From positions 194,477 through 258,476 of the forward strand of contig JACOXI010000003.1 of the NCBI GenBank assembly GCA_016176335.1: a stretch of DNA of 64,000 nucleotides, given 5' to 3'. Shown in pieces: positions 27,582-38,155 of this stretch. A program made the position numbers and the translations under genes. How positions within the stretch are numbered: the first letter of the stretch is position 1; every line of letters begins with the position of its first letter. Origin of the DNA: Candidatus Daviesbacteria bacterium (GTDB lineage: Bacteria > Patescibacteriota > Microgenomatia > Daviesbacterales > UBA10151). Below the pieces are notes generated by a model that did not search any database, was not told the origin of the DNA, and was given only the letters and a program-made list of their open reading frames with translations.

Positions 27582-29273
27582 ATGAAGTCTTTTGCACCAA
27601 AACTTACATTAAACCAGAAAGGACAATCATTAAAAGTAATTCCCTTAGGTGGAGTTGGTGATGTGACCAAAAACATGTATGTATACGAATATGGGAATGA
27701 CATTATTATTGTGGATTGTGGGGTAGGATTTCCGGATGAAGGCATGCCGGGGGTTGATTTGGTTATTCCGGATATCTCATATTTGAGAGATAAAAAAGAC
27801 AAAATTAGGGGAATCCTTATCACTCACGGACACGAGGATCACATTGGGAGTCTTCCATATATTTGGCCCGCTTTACAGGCTCCAATTTATACTCAAAGAT
27901 TAACTGCGGGATTTATTAGGAGTAAATTTATAGAGCATGATTTACCGAGAAACAAGATTGTCGAGATGAAGATTGATCAAAAATTAGACCTTGGATCGTT
28001 TAAGATTTCTTTTTATCAGGTGTCACATTCAGTACCTGATTCTACCGGGATTGTCATAGAGACCCCGGTTGGCAGGATTATTCATCAGGCAGATTTTAAA
28101 ATTGATTGGACTCCTGTTTCAGGACAAGTGACAGATGTGGGAGAGGTGGCCAGATTGGGTAGCGCGGGGGTATTGTTTCTTTTGATTGATTGTTTAAGAG
28201 TAGATAAACCGGGTTTTAATAAATCGGAAAAATCAATAGAGGATACTTTCGAGAAAGCAGCAGTTGATACATCGGGCAAACTGCTTCTGACAATGACATC
28301 ATCAAATGTTTCCAGAATGCAGCAGGCGATTAATGTCGCTCAAAGAGTTGGCAGGAAGGTGGCTGTTTTGGGGCGCTCTTTTGAAAAGAATTTTCAGGTT
28401 GCCAGAGATTTGGGATATTTGCATGTTCCGCCGGGAATTATCATTGCGCCGGATGAAATAAATTCTTTCGCAGCAGGGAAAGTTTTGGTTTTAATTGCAG
28501 GATCTCAAGGTCAATCCGGCTCATCATTATCTCGTGCTGCCAATGAAGAACACAAGCAAATAAAACTTAAGGAAGGTGATAGCGTGGTGTTTTCTGCAGA
28601 CCCTATTCCTTCCACAGAATCTGCCCAAAATGCTTTAATAGATTCAATCGTGAGACTTGGGGTAACTGTCCATTACTCTGCTGTTCTCTCGGATTTACAT
28701 GTTTCAGGTCATGCTGCACTGGAGGAGTTAAGGTTAATGGTCAATCTTATCAAACCAAAGTTTATTTTGCCTATTGGCGGGACATTTAGGCATATGAGAA
28801 GTTTTTCTAAGATGGCACAAGAAATGGGTTATCAGAAAAATCAAATTATTGATGCAGAGGATGGGGACATATTGAATATATCAAGGGAGACCGTCAAGCT
28901 TGATGGCAGGGTTGATGTACAAAATGTTTATGTTGATGGGTTAGGGATTGGGGATATTGGACATATAGTTTTAAGAGACAGACAAAAAATGAGCGAGGAA
29001 GGGGTGGTTGTTGTTGTTGTATCTTTGGATAGACATACAGGTAAGCTTACTGGCGATCCTGACATAATTTCCCGGGGATTTGTGTTTGAGGAATTTGCAC
29101 AGGATCTTTTGGATGAGGCCAAAAGAGTGCTTTCGGATAATTTGGCACAACATATTCATAAAAATACAGACTGGCGTTTTGTCAGAAAATTGGTTGAAGA
29201 TAGTTTGGAAAAATTCTTCTATGATGCAACAGGAAGGAGACCGCTGGTTCTGCCCACAGTTGTAGAGATATGA
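27582..29273 (+). CDS. rnj: ribonuclease J (beta-CASP metallo-beta-lactamase RNase)
   Basis: VIPLGGVGDV...ITHGHEDHIG motif II, beta-CASP and C-terminal domain; 563 aa. Confidence 0.9.
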   Translation: MKSFAPKLTLNQKGQSLKVIPLGGVGDVTKNMYVYEYGNDIIIVDCGVGFPDEGMPGVDLVIPDISYLRDKKDKIRGILITHGHEDHIGSLPYIWPALQAPIYTQRLTAGFIRSKFIEHDLPRNKIVEMKIDQKLDLGSFKISFYQVSHSVPDSTGIVIETPVGRIIHQADFKIDWTPVSGQVTDVGEVARLGSAGVLFLLIDCLRVDKPGFNKSEKSIEDTFEKAAVDTSGKLLLTMTSSNVSRMQQAINVAQRVGRKVAVLGRSFEKNFQVARDLGYLHVPPGIIIAPDEINSFAAGKVLVLIAGSQGQSGSSLSRAANEEHKQIKLKEGDSVVFSADPIPSTESAQNALIDSIVRLGVTVHYSAVLSDLHVSGHAALEELRLMVNLIKPKFILPIGGTFRHMRSFSKMAQEMGYQKNQIIDAEDGDILNISRETVKLDGRVDVQNVYVDGLGIGDIGHIVLRDRQKMSEEGVVVVVVSLDRHTGKLTGDPDIISRGFVFEEFAQDLLDEAKRVLSDNLAQHIHKNTDWRFVRKLVEDSLEKFFYDATGRRPLVLPTVVEI

Positions 29274-29310
29274 TGAATATCTTATAGTATTATGTGGTAT
29301 AATATAAATT

Positions 29311-31419
29311 ATGGCAAGACGTCGCTCTATTTATAAATTGCCCAAATTAAGATTGAAACAAAAAGCCATTACTGCTGTTGGAGCTTTGGTTGCTTTTGCT
29401 TTATCTATACTTTCTGCAGTTGCGCTAACAACCCATTCCCAAACTCTTGAGTTTTGGAGAAGCTTTTTAACAGATCTTTTCGGTTGGACGAAAATTTTCT
29501 CTCCTTTGGTCTTTTTAACTGCCGGATTTGTTTTAAGCCGAGCCAAATGGAAATTTGCACAAACTAATGTTTTGCTTGGTTTAATATTGATTATTTTATC
29601 TGCCGCCAGTTTGACTTCGCCCGTAAGATTTACAGAGGCCGGATTCTTGGGCCAAACAATTTGGACTCAACTTGAATCCTTTGTCACCAGGCCAGCTGCT
29701 GCGGGGCTTTTGATACTGGCGTTTTTGGTAGGATTGGTGGTTTTGTTTAATACATCCCTGGGCCAAATTTTTAAGATATTTGGCTTAATTTTTGAATTTT
29801 TAAACGGACAGATCATTAAACCGATCTTCCGAAGACCAAGAACTTTTGAGGCAAAGCATATTCCTATTAAGGTGTCAGGGTTGGATGAACGTTCTGCAGT
29901 CAGAGCACATCAGCCTCCTATTCAAAAAGAAAGTATTTTGGTAGATACGCTGGTGCAGAATGTGGCGGGTAAGGCTCAAGTTTGGAAATATCCTCCTTTA
30001 TCCGTGTTATCTGAAAAAGTTGGGTCAGCTGCGGATCGGGGAGATGTCAAGAGAAATGCGGATATTATTGAGAAAACTCTGGATTCGTTTGGGATCCAGG
30101 CAGATGTGGCAGAGGTTAATGGAGGTCCTGCCGTGACTCAATATGCATTAAAGATTTCAGCAGGGACCAAAATTTCCAAGATTGCCAATCTGCAACACGA
30201 TTTGGCTTTGGCTTTGGCAACACCAACTGGAACAGTGCGGATTGAAGCTCCAATTCCGGGAAAATCTTTGGTTGGGATTGAAGTGCCAAATAGATCTTTG
30301 GAGATAGTGGGGCTTAAAGGAATTTTGGGTTCGGATGAGATGGGTAAATACAAATCAAAATTAGCAGTTGCGCTGGGACGCGATACCTCCTCCAAACCGA
30401 TGATTGTTGATTTGGATAAGATGCCGCACGTTTTAGTGGCTGGTACCACCGGATCAGGAAAGTCAGTTCTTTTGAATGCAATTATTGGTTCTCTGCTTTT
30501 TAGAAACTCTCCGGATGAGTTAAAAATAATTATGATTGATCCAAAAAGGGTGGAGTTGACAAACTACAACGGCGTTCCCCACCTGCTAACACCGGTTATC
30601 ACGGAGCCGGAAAAGATCCTGTCATCTTTGAAATGGGCCATGGCTGAAATGGAAAGACGCTATAAATTATTCCAATCTGTGGGGGTCAGAAATATTAGCG
30701 GTTACAACGAACTGTCCGGCTTCCAGGCTTTACCTTATATTGTAATAATAGTTGATGAGTTGGCGGATTTGATGATGTTTGCGCCTGTGGAGATTGAGGA
30801 TGCAATTACCAGAATTGCCCAGCTTGCCAGAGCAACAGGTATGCATCTTGTGGTTGCCACACAAAGGCCTTCTGTTGATGTTATCACAGGTTTGATTAAA
30901 GCCAATATTCCTTGCAGGATCGCTTTTAATGTTTCTTCCATGGTGGATTCAAGGGTAATTTTGGATGGGCCGGGAGCGGAAAAATTATTAGGGCGCGGAG
31001 ATATGTTATTTTTACCTCCTGATGCTTCAAAACCCATGAGAATTCAAGGAGTTTTAGTGCAGGATGAAGAAATAAATAATTTAATAAAATATCTTAAGAA
31101 TACTGGCATTGCTCCGGAGTATACGGCCGAGGTGACAGAAATGCCTTTAGGCAGATGGGGTGGAAGAGGCGGGAGGGAAGGAGATCAGGATGAATTGTTC
31201 GAGGAGGCAGTCAGGACTGTTTGTCAATATGACAGGGCTTCTGCATCATTACTGCAAAGGAGACTTAAAGTCGGGTATGCAAGAGCTGCTAGAATTATCG
31301 ATGAGCTTGAGATGGCAGGGATTGTCGGGGTAGGCGAGGGTAGCAAGCCTAGGGATGTTTTAGTCAAAAATGCCGATGAATACTTTGCTGCCCAATCATC
31401 ATCTACCGGTGAGAGTTAA
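29311..31419 (+). CDS. ftsK: DNA translocase FtsK/SpoIIIE
   Basis: N-terminal TM segments; motor domain with VAGTTGSGKS Walker A and gamma domain. Confidence 0.9.
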   Translation: MARRRSIYKLPKLRLKQKAITAVGALVAFALSILSAVALTTHSQTLEFWRSFLTDLFGWTKIFSPLVFLTAGFVLSRAKWKFAQTNVLLGLILIILSAASLTSPVRFTEAGFLGQTIWTQLESFVTRPAAAGLLILAFLVGLVVLFNTSLGQIFKIFGLIFEFLNGQIIKPIFRRPRTFEAKHIPIKVSGLDERSAVRAHQPPIQKESILVDTLVQNVAGKAQVWKYPPLSVLSEKVGSAADRGDVKRNADIIEKTLDSFGIQADVAEVNGGPAVTQYALKISAGTKISKIANLQHDLALALATPTGTVRIEAPIPGKSLVGIEVPNRSLEIVGLKGILGSDEMGKYKSKLAVALGRDTSSKPMIVDLDKMPHVLVAGTTGSGKSVLLNAIIGSLLFRNSPDELKIIMIDPKRVELTNYNGVPHLLTPVITEPEKILSSLKWAMAEMERRYKLFQSVGVRNISGYNELSGFQALPYIVIIVDELADLMMFAPVEIEDAITRIAQLARATGMHLVVATQRPSVDVITGLIKANIPCRIAFNVSSMVDSRVILDGPGAEKLLGRGDMLFLPPDASKPMRIQGVLVQDEEINNLIKYLKNTGIAPEYTAEVTEMPLGRWGGRGGREGDQDELFEEAVRTVCQYDRASASLLQRRLKVGYARAARIIDELEMAGIVGVGEGSKPRDVLVKNADEYFAAQSSSTGES

Positions 31420-31462
31420 TTTCCTCTGGCAAGAAAACAATTAAAGAGCTAGAATTTCCTTC

Positions 31463-32023
31463 ATGGATAAAAATATCTCAGATCTTTTAACAAAGGGAGA
31501 AGTTGGAGTGATCCCTACAGATACTATTTATGGAATTGTCGGGTCTGCTTTAAATCAAGAGACTGTTGAAAGAATATACCAATTAAGGAAAAGGGCAGCT
31601 GATAAACCATTCATAATACTTATTCCATCCATTGAAGATTTGAAAAAGTTTGGGATTCAACTAACTGAAAAACAAAAAGAATTTTTGGAAAAAGTTTGGC
31701 CCAATCCTGTAAGTGTAATTTTGCCAGTTAAAAATGAGAAATTTAACTATCTTCACCGGGGTAAAAATTCTCTGGCATTCAGAATGCCTAAAAATGAGTG
31801 GCTTTTGGACATATTAAAAAGGGTTGGGCCATTAGTTGCACCAAGTGCTAACATTGAAGGACAAAAACCATCTGAAACTATTGATAATGCAAAACAATAT
31901 TTTGGTGACAATGTTGATTTTTATATGGATGGGGATAGAATAGAATCTCAACCGTCAACGCTGATACAACTTACAAGTTACGGTTCATATAATATTTTAA
32001 GACAGGGGACTTTTCAGTTATGA
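31463..32023 (+). CDS. tsaC: L-threonylcarbamoyladenylate synthase (YrdC/TsaC domain)
   Basis: VIPTDTIYGIVGSA ... KPFIILI motifs of YrdC family; 186 aa single domain. Confidence 0.8.
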   Translation: MDKNISDLLTKGEVGVIPTDTIYGIVGSALNQETVERIYQLRKRAADKPFIILIPSIEDLKKFGIQLTEKQKEFLEKVWPNPVSVILPVKNEKFNYLHRGKNSLAFRMPKNEWLLDILKRVGPLVAPSANIEGQKPSETIDNAKQYFGDNVDFYMDGDRIESQPSTLIQLTSYGSYNILRQGTFQL

Positions 32024-32658
32024 GAACTGTCGGACAAGTTTTGAAAGAAGAAAGAGAGAAAAAATTTTATACTCTTGAAGAGGTTGAAAAAGCTACCAAG
32101 ATAAGAAGAGAACTTCTGGAAGCTTTGGAAAGAGGTGAGTATCAAAGACTTCCACCACCAACTTTTATTCAAGGATTTATTAAAAATTACGGTAAATTTT
32201 TGAAATTGGACTCCGTCAAACTTTTGGCAATTTTCAGAAGAGAATTTTCCGATCAAAAACACCCCCCCAAAATTTTGGATTCTTTTTCAAACCCGGTTGA
32301 AAGAGGAAAATTTAAAATAACCCCGGCAAAATTTTTGGCTACCCTAGTTTTAGGATTGGTGATAGTTTTTTTTGCGTACCTTTGGTTTGAATATAGATTT
32401 TTAGTAGGAGCTCCTTTTTTGGAAGTGACAACACCAACTGATCAGATAAGCACGTCAATTTCAAAAGTGCAAGTTTCAGGAAGAACCGAACCTGAAGCAA
32501 AAGTAAAAATTAATGATCAAGAAATTCTGGTTGATCTTTCCGGTAGATTTGTTCAGGAGATTACATTGACAGAAAATGTCAATAATTTGGTTATAACAGC
32601 AACGTCGAAAAGCGGGAAGGTAACTAAGATAGAAAGAACTGTTTTTTTAAGGCAATAA
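32020..32658 (+). CDS. rodZ: RodZ-like cytoskeletal protein (XRE-type HTH + TM + C-terminal domain)
   Basis: N-terminal HTH (TLEEVEKATKIRRELLEALERGEY), single TM, periplasmic C-terminal domain. Confidence 0.6.
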   Translation: MRTVGQVLKEEREKKFYTLEEVEKATKIRRELLEALERGEYQRLPPPTFIQGFIKNYGKFLKLDSVKLLAIFRREFSDQKHPPKILDSFSNPVERGKFKITPAKFLATLVLGLVIVFFAYLWFEYRFLVGAPFLEVTTPTDQISTSISKVQVSGRTEPEAKVKINDQEILVDLSGRFVQEITLTENVNNLVITATSKSGKVTKIERTVFLRQ

Positions 32659-32670
32659 TTGGTATAGTGT

Positions 32671-32973
32671 TTGACACCTATGGATTTTTTGCAAATAGCT
32701 CTAATATTTTTAATGCTTTTACTTTCGGTTTTTCTGACAATTACTGGCATCCAGGTATTTTTTATTTTAAGAGATTTAAAAAAAGCTTTGGATAGATTAA
32801 ATAGAGTGTTGCAAACTGGGGAGGAAATTGCCGAAGATTTGGAAAAACCTGTGGCGGCCGCATCCGGGTTGATTACCACTTTGGGAGCTGGAGCTAAGGC
32901 TTTGAGGAATGTGGTTAAAAGAGAAAAGAAAAAAGTCCCTAATAACCGCAGGTTCTACAAAAAAGTTCTTTAA
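32671..32973 (+). CDS. small membrane protein, DUF948-like
   Basis: N-terminal TM helix then coiled-coil/charged region; resembles DUF948 general stress proteins. Confidence 0.4.
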   Translation: MTPMDFLQIALIFLMLLLSVFLTITGIQVFFILRDLKKALDRLNRVLQTGEEIAEDLEKPVAAASGLITTLGAGAKALRNVVKREKKKVPNNRRFYKKVL

Positions 32974-33001
32974 GCTATAATCCGACACTTCTTGTAACGC
33001 G

Positions 33002-34906
33002 TTGCGTTATAATACCCTCATGGATTCGAAAACTTTAAGAGAGAAATTTCTAAAATTCTTTGAGAATAATGGTCATACCATTATTCCCTCTGCTCCATTG
33101 GTACCATCGGATGAAGAACAATTAGTTGGTAAAGAGAGAGTTTTATTCACTGGTGCAGGCATGCAGCCCCTGATTCCTTACCTTATGGGTAAACTACATC
33201 CAAAAGGAAATAAATTGGCCGATGTGCAAAAGTGTGTAAGAACTGATGATATTGAACAAGTTGGAGATGCAACTCACCATACTTTTTTTGAAATGTTAGG
33301 GAACTGGTCATTAGGAGACTACTGGAAAGATGAAGCAATAAAATTATCGTTTGAATTTTTAACTAAAGAATTGGAAATTCCAATAGAAAAATTAGCAATA
33401 TCTGTTTTTGCTGGAGATGATGATGCGCCTCGTGATGAAGAATCTGTAAAGAAATGGAGAGAACTAGGAATCCCAGAAAAAAGAATTGCTTATTTAGGAA
33501 AAGAAGCAAATTGGTGGCCTACTGGTGAAAAATCAGGTCCATGTGGTCCTGATACGGAAATGTTTATTTGGACAGGAGAAGGTTCCGCGCCAGAAGAATT
33601 TGATCCCAAAAATCCAAAATGGGTAGAGGTTTGGAATGATGTGTTTATGGAATTTAATAGAAAAGAAGATGGAACTTTAGAGGATTTACCACAAAAAAAT
33701 GTAGATACTGGAATGGGGTTGGAGAGAATGTTGGCAGTAATAAATGGTAAAGATAATGATTATCAAACAGATCTTTTTTTAAGTGTAATCAATAATCTTG
33801 AATTATTTTCGGGATACAAATATGGAGAAAATACTGAAGTTGATCAGGCATTTAGAATAATTGCAGACCACATGAAGGCGGCAACCTTCTTAATAAAAGA
33901 TGAAGTTTTACCAAATAATAAATTACAGGGGTATGTATTACGTAGACTGATTAGAAGGGCGGCGGTAAAAAGCAAAAGATACTTCAAATATGACTTAAAT
34001 TTATTAGCGAATCTCTCGAGTAAAATTGTTGCTTTTTACCATGATACTACTGATTATTTTGAATACCAAGATTTAATTAAAATACATAGTATTATATTTC
34101 AAGAGGTCAAAAAGTTTGAGGAATCATTAAGTGCTGGTTTAAGAGAAATAGATAGGCGACTTAATAAATATGATACTCAAGGGGGATGGTTAGATTCTCC
34201 TGAAAATGCAGCAAAATTCGCCTTTGATTTGTATCAGACATATGGATTACCTATGGATGCGTATTTTGATGATGTACTTAAAAAATTTGGTATCGCATAT
34301 GCATGGGGGCAAAAAGAAGACTTATATAAGGAATTTGAAAAATTAAGAAATGAGCATGCAGATCTTTCTAGAAATACTTCTGCCGGAATGTTTAAAGGAG
34401 GACTTGCTGATCATTCGGAAGTTGTTACCAAATATCACACTGCTACTCATCTTTTGCATCAGGCTTTAAGAGACGTATTAGGTCCTGAAGTTTTTCAAAA
34501 GGGATCTAATATAACTAGTGAAAGATTAAGGTTTGATTTTTCTTATGATAAAAAAATGACAGATGATGAGATTAAAAAAACAGAAGATATTATTAACAAA
34601 AGAATTGATGAGGATTTAAAGGTTGACCACATGATTATCCCGCTTGACGAAGCAAAAAAGATGAATGCCATCGGGCTTTTTGATGAAAAGTATGCAGACA
34701 AAGTAAGTATTTATGGTGTCGGCCTTGGCTACGGAATAGATTCACAGGCCAAAGACCAAAGAGATAGAGGTGGGTATTATTCTTTGGAATTTTGTGGTGG
34801 TCCCCATGTGGAGCAAACAGGAACAATTGGAAAAATTAAAATTACCAAAGAAGAAGCAATATCTGCAGGCATTCGCCGAATCAGAGCCCAGATTGTTTCT
34901 TCTTAG
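33002..34906 (+). CDS. alaS: alanine--tRNA ligase, short form lacking C-terminal C-Ala domain (634 aa)
   Basis: Class II AlaRS catalytic motifs (FTGAGMQP, WSLGDYWK, GPCGPDTE) and editing-domain His/Cys motifs (HTATHLLH, CGGPHV). True start may be MDSKTL at 33020. Confidence 0.9.
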   Translation: MRYNTLMDSKTLREKFLKFFENNGHTIIPSAPLVPSDEEQLVGKERVLFTGAGMQPLIPYLMGKLHPKGNKLADVQKCVRTDDIEQVGDATHHTFFEMLGNWSLGDYWKDEAIKLSFEFLTKELEIPIEKLAISVFAGDDDAPRDEESVKKWRELGIPEKRIAYLGKEANWWPTGEKSGPCGPDTEMFIWTGEGSAPEEFDPKNPKWVEVWNDVFMEFNRKEDGTLEDLPQKNVDTGMGLERMLAVINGKDNDYQTDLFLSVINNLELFSGYKYGENTEVDQAFRIIADHMKAATFLIKDEVLPNNKLQGYVLRRLIRRAAVKSKRYFKYDLNLLANLSSKIVAFYHDTTDYFEYQDLIKIHSIIFQEVKKFEESLSAGLREIDRRLNKYDTQGGWLDSPENAAKFAFDLYQTYGLPMDAYFDDVLKKFGIAYAWGQKEDLYKEFEKLRNEHADLSRNTSAGMFKGGLADHSEVVTKYHTATHLLHQALRDVLGPEVFQKGSNITSERLRFDFSYDKKMTDDEIKKTEDIINKRIDEDLKVDHMIIPLDEAKKMNAIGLFDEKYADKVSIYGVGLGYGIDSQAKDQRDRGGYYSLEFCGGPHVEQTGTIGKIKITKEEAISAGIRRIRAQIVSS

Positions 34907-34952
34907 GTCATTCCCCGAAGTGCCAATATGTGCTAAGATAACTTTATTCCAT

Positions 34953-37130
34953 ATGAGTTTTTTTGATAGAATTTCTGCTTCAATACCCTTTGGAAAACAA
35001 AAAGAACAACTTGAGTACTATTTTGCCTTGAACATTTCCTTTGAAAGATTAACAGCTGCCCTTTGGACAATTGAAGGAAAAGAATTAAAAATTTTGGATA
35101 CTGCGGATAAATCATACTCCGGAACAGAGCAGATCACACTTGTTGCCGACTCTCTTTTGGATTCGGTTATAGGAACAAAACAGATTGAACCACAAAAAAT
35201 CCTTTTTGGAGTACCCCATTCCTGGCTTGCTGACGATAATTTAAAAGATGAATATTTAAAACTGTTAAGAGGATTAGTCAAGGAATTGGAGCTTACCCCT
35301 ATGGCTTATGTTGCTACAACTTCCGCCATAAACCATCTTTTGGAAACACAAGACGGGATCCCCCAAACAGCGATTTTGATTGGATTTGAAAGAAAGCATC
35401 TGACTGTTACGGTTGTAAGAGCTGGCAAGATTGATGGGGTGAAAATTTTGGAAAGAGGTGATAATTGCGGTGCGGATATAGAAAAAGCACTGCTGACTTT
35501 TACGGACATTGAAACCCTTCCATCAAAAATTTTACTTTTTGGTTTAGATCGGGAAGATCTGGAAAAATTAAAAGGTCAGCTTTTGTCTTTTGCTTGGATG
35601 GCAAAACTGTCTTTTTTACACTTTCCTAAAATAGAAATTCTGCAGGATTCTTTGGAGATAAAAAGTGTTTGTCTGGCCGGAGCAACAGAGCTACAAACTC
35701 ATGTTATCTTCAAAGATAAACTGCTTCAAAAAATTCAAGAAGCAACAATAGAACCTAAAGAGAGATTAGAGAAAGAGACGCCGGAAGGTGACAATTTCGG
35801 ATTTGTTTTGGGGGATGTATCTAAACAAGTTCAAATTAAGGAAGTGGAACGCAAAGAATCACCAGAGGAGGGATTAGATGGGGAAGGTTCAGGGAGCAGT
35901 ATGGAAATTGATGATTTTGAGCCACAAGAAGTTTTATCAGCACAACCTTCTATTTTGGATAAATTTAAACTGACAGTATTGAAAAAATTCATTCCCAAAA
36001 GGAATTATATAGTACACACAATTCTGTTAGGTTTAATTGGGGTGACTGTTGTTTTAGTTGGTGCATATATTCTGCTGGTTAAGGTACAAGTTAAAGTTTT
36101 TGTTGAGCCAAGAATTTTAGAGAAAAATGCTCAAGTTGTTGCTGATCCAAAACAAAAGGAGGTTTTGGAAGATGCAAGGATAATCCCGGGTCAGATCATT
36201 GCAACAGAAGTTTCCGGAACTGCTAAGGATAGTGCCACCGGCAAAAGACAAATTGGGGACCCTGCCAGGGGAACGGTGATCATTAGAAATAAAACTGATG
36301 CAAGTGTAACTTTATCAAAAGGAACAGTTTTTGCTGCTAACAATCAAAGATTTAATTTGGATGTTTCAGTCACTATTGCTTCACGTTCTGCTGATGATGG
36401 AACTTGGGGCCGAGCCAATAGAGAAGTGACTGCCCAAGCAATTGGGGCAGATGGTAATTTGCCATCTGGTACTGATTTAACAATTTCAGGTCACCTAACA
36501 GATCAATTAATTGCTAAATCAGAAGGTAATTTCTCCGGCGGGACTTCTAAAGAAGTGACTGTTGTGTCAAGTGAGGATCAAAAAAGACTTCTGGCGTCTT
36601 TAGCATCAACCTTGCGGAAACAGGCTCAACAAAAGCTACAAGGAGAATTACCAGAGAAAAAGATTTTAGAGGAAGCTTTATCAGAACAAATTTTAAGGAA
36701 AGATTATAACAAAAATGTTAATGATCAAGCCAATGAGTTTTCACTTAATATGGCAACAAGGTTTAAGGGTACGGCCTTTGAAGAAAAGGATTTGAAAAGA
36801 ATTGTTGGGAAACTTGTCACAACCGAGGTTCCGCCAGGCTATGAGTTGAATTTGCAGGATACGGAAACGCAAGCAGATGTTGCCAAACTTGAAACTGATG
36901 GAAGATTGATATTTTTGGCAAAATTTAGAGCAAAAGTTTTGCCTAAACTTGATAAAGACTGGATTAAAAATCAAATAAAAGGGAAAACTATAAATGAAGC
37001 GGCAGCAAGACTTAAAAGCATGGAAAATGTGTTAGGATCCGAGTTTCAAATGAAACCTGCCTTACCAAGTTTCTTGCAGCGTTTGCCGATTCTTTCTCAC
37101 AATATGGAGGTTGAGGTAGGTTTGAAATGA
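34953..37130 (+). CDS. hypothetical bitopic membrane protein: PilM/FtsA-like (degenerate actin-fold) N-domain, central TM, large extracytoplasmic C-domain
   Basis: Start trimmed to MSFFDRIS. N-terminal ~330 aa resemble PilM/FtsA but lack the DxG phosphate motif; TM at IVHTILLGLIGVTVVLVGAYILLV; C-terminal ~330 aa unknown. Could be a PilM-PilN/O-type fusion. Confidence 0.45.
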   Translation: MSFFDRISASIPFGKQKEQLEYYFALNISFERLTAALWTIEGKELKILDTADKSYSGTEQITLVADSLLDSVIGTKQIEPQKILFGVPHSWLADDNLKDEYLKLLRGLVKELELTPMAYVATTSAINHLLETQDGIPQTAILIGFERKHLTVTVVRAGKIDGVKILERGDNCGADIEKALLTFTDIETLPSKILLFGLDREDLEKLKGQLLSFAWMAKLSFLHFPKIEILQDSLEIKSVCLAGATELQTHVIFKDKLLQKIQEATIEPKERLEKETPEGDNFGFVLGDVSKQVQIKEVERKESPEEGLDGEGSGSSMEIDDFEPQEVLSAQPSILDKFKLTVLKKFIPKRNYIVHTILLGLIGVTVVLVGAYILLVKVQVKVFVEPRILEKNAQVVADPKQKEVLEDARIIPGQIIATEVSGTAKDSATGKRQIGDPARGTVIIRNKTDASVTLSKGTVFAANNQRFNLDVSVTIASRSADDGTWGRANREVTAQAIGADGNLPSGTDLTISGHLTDQLIAKSEGNFSGGTSKEVTVVSSEDQKRLLASLASTLRKQAQQKLQGELPEKKILEEALSEQILRKDYNKNVNDQANEFSLNMATRFKGTAFEEKDLKRIVGKLVTTEVPPGYELNLQDTETQADVAKLETDGRLIFLAKFRAKVLPKLDKDWIKNQIKGKTINEAAARLKSMENVLGSEFQMKPALPSFLQRLPILSHNMEVEVGLK

Positions 37131-37768
37131 TTACCATACCGAAGATAATATCGTTAAGTTTTCTTTTTCTTGGAGTGTTTATTTTAATACAAGTTGTCAT
37201 GCCGATTGTGTCTTTTGAAGTTTGGGAATTAGGTCAAAAATTTGATAAGGAAACTACTCTGATCAGCCCGCAAAAAGGACAATCGGTATTAGGTGTGTCA
37301 ATTGAAAGCAAGGATAATTTTCCTGCCTTTGTATCCAGTGTAAAAAGAGAAATAGCCCCTTCCTACACACAGTTTAGGATAAATGTTCCAAAATTACAGC
37401 TTTCTGAAATTACGGTTGATGTAGATAGTAATGATTTGACTCGCGGGTTGGTACATCTTCCAGGTTCTGCTTTGCCCGGAGAGAGGGGGAATGTTTTTAT
37501 TTCCGGTCACTCTGCCGTAAGTCCCCTGATTTCTTTGAAGACTGCTTTTTTTGGTAAACTTCAGGATTTAAAAAAGGCAGATAAAATTATTGTTGAGGCG
37601 GAAGGGACAAAATTTACCTATCAAGTTATTGATGTTAGGGCGGTCAACCCGAACGATACCTCGGTCATCAAGCCTCCTGATAAAATGGGAAGGTATATAA
37701 CTTTGATGACTTGTGTTCCTCCAGGGTTAAATTTCAAAAGACTAGTGGTTTTAGGTAAAATTATTTGA
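37127..37768 (+). CDS. sortase family transpeptidase
   Basis: N-terminal TM anchor; GNVFISGHS (His) and ITLMTCVPPG (TLxTC Cys) sortase motifs. Confidence 0.75.
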   Translation: MITIPKIISLSFLFLGVFILIQVVMPIVSFEVWELGQKFDKETTLISPQKGQSVLGVSIESKDNFPAFVSSVKREIAPSYTQFRINVPKLQLSEITVDVDSNDLTRGLVHLPGSALPGERGNVFISGHSAVSPLISLKTAFFGKLQDLKKADKIIVEAEGTKFTYQVIDVRAVNPNDTSVIKPPDKMGRYITLMTCVPPGLNFKRLVVLGKII

Positions 37769-37771
37769 TTC

Positions 37772-38149
37772 ATGAGATATTTAGGAATAGATTTTGGGTT
37801 AAAGAAAATTGGCCTTGCAATTTCGGAAGGAGAACTAGCTGCCCCACTGAAAGTTTTAGAAGCTTCTAATTTTCAAGACGCCTTCAGTAAAATAAAAAAA
37901 GAGGCAGCGGATTTTGATAAAGTTATTATTGGAAAACCCGAAGGGAAAGTGGGCAAAAAAGTTACGAAACTTGTCAGTCTCTTAAAGAAAGAAAGTATGG
38001 ATATAGAGGAGTGGGATGAGACTTTGTCAAGCCAGAAAGCTATGGCATATATGATCCAATCCGGATTAGGAAAAAACAAAAGGAAGATAACGGATGCATA
38101 TTCTGCAGCGATCATTTTACAGGAATATTTGGATGAGAAAAAACATTAA
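37772..38149 (+). CDS. ruvX: Holliday-junction resolvase-like / pre-16S rRNA nuclease YqgF (RuvX)
   Basis: MRYLGIDFGLKKIGLAIS N-terminus typical of YqgF; 125 aa. Confidence 0.85.
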   Translation: MRYLGIDFGLKKIGLAISEGELAAPLKVLEASNFQDAFSKIKKEAADFDKVIIGKPEGKVGKKVTKLVSLLKKESMDIEEWDETLSSQKAMAYMIQSGLGKNKRKITDAYSAAIILQEYLDEKKH

Positions 38150-38155
38150 GATACT

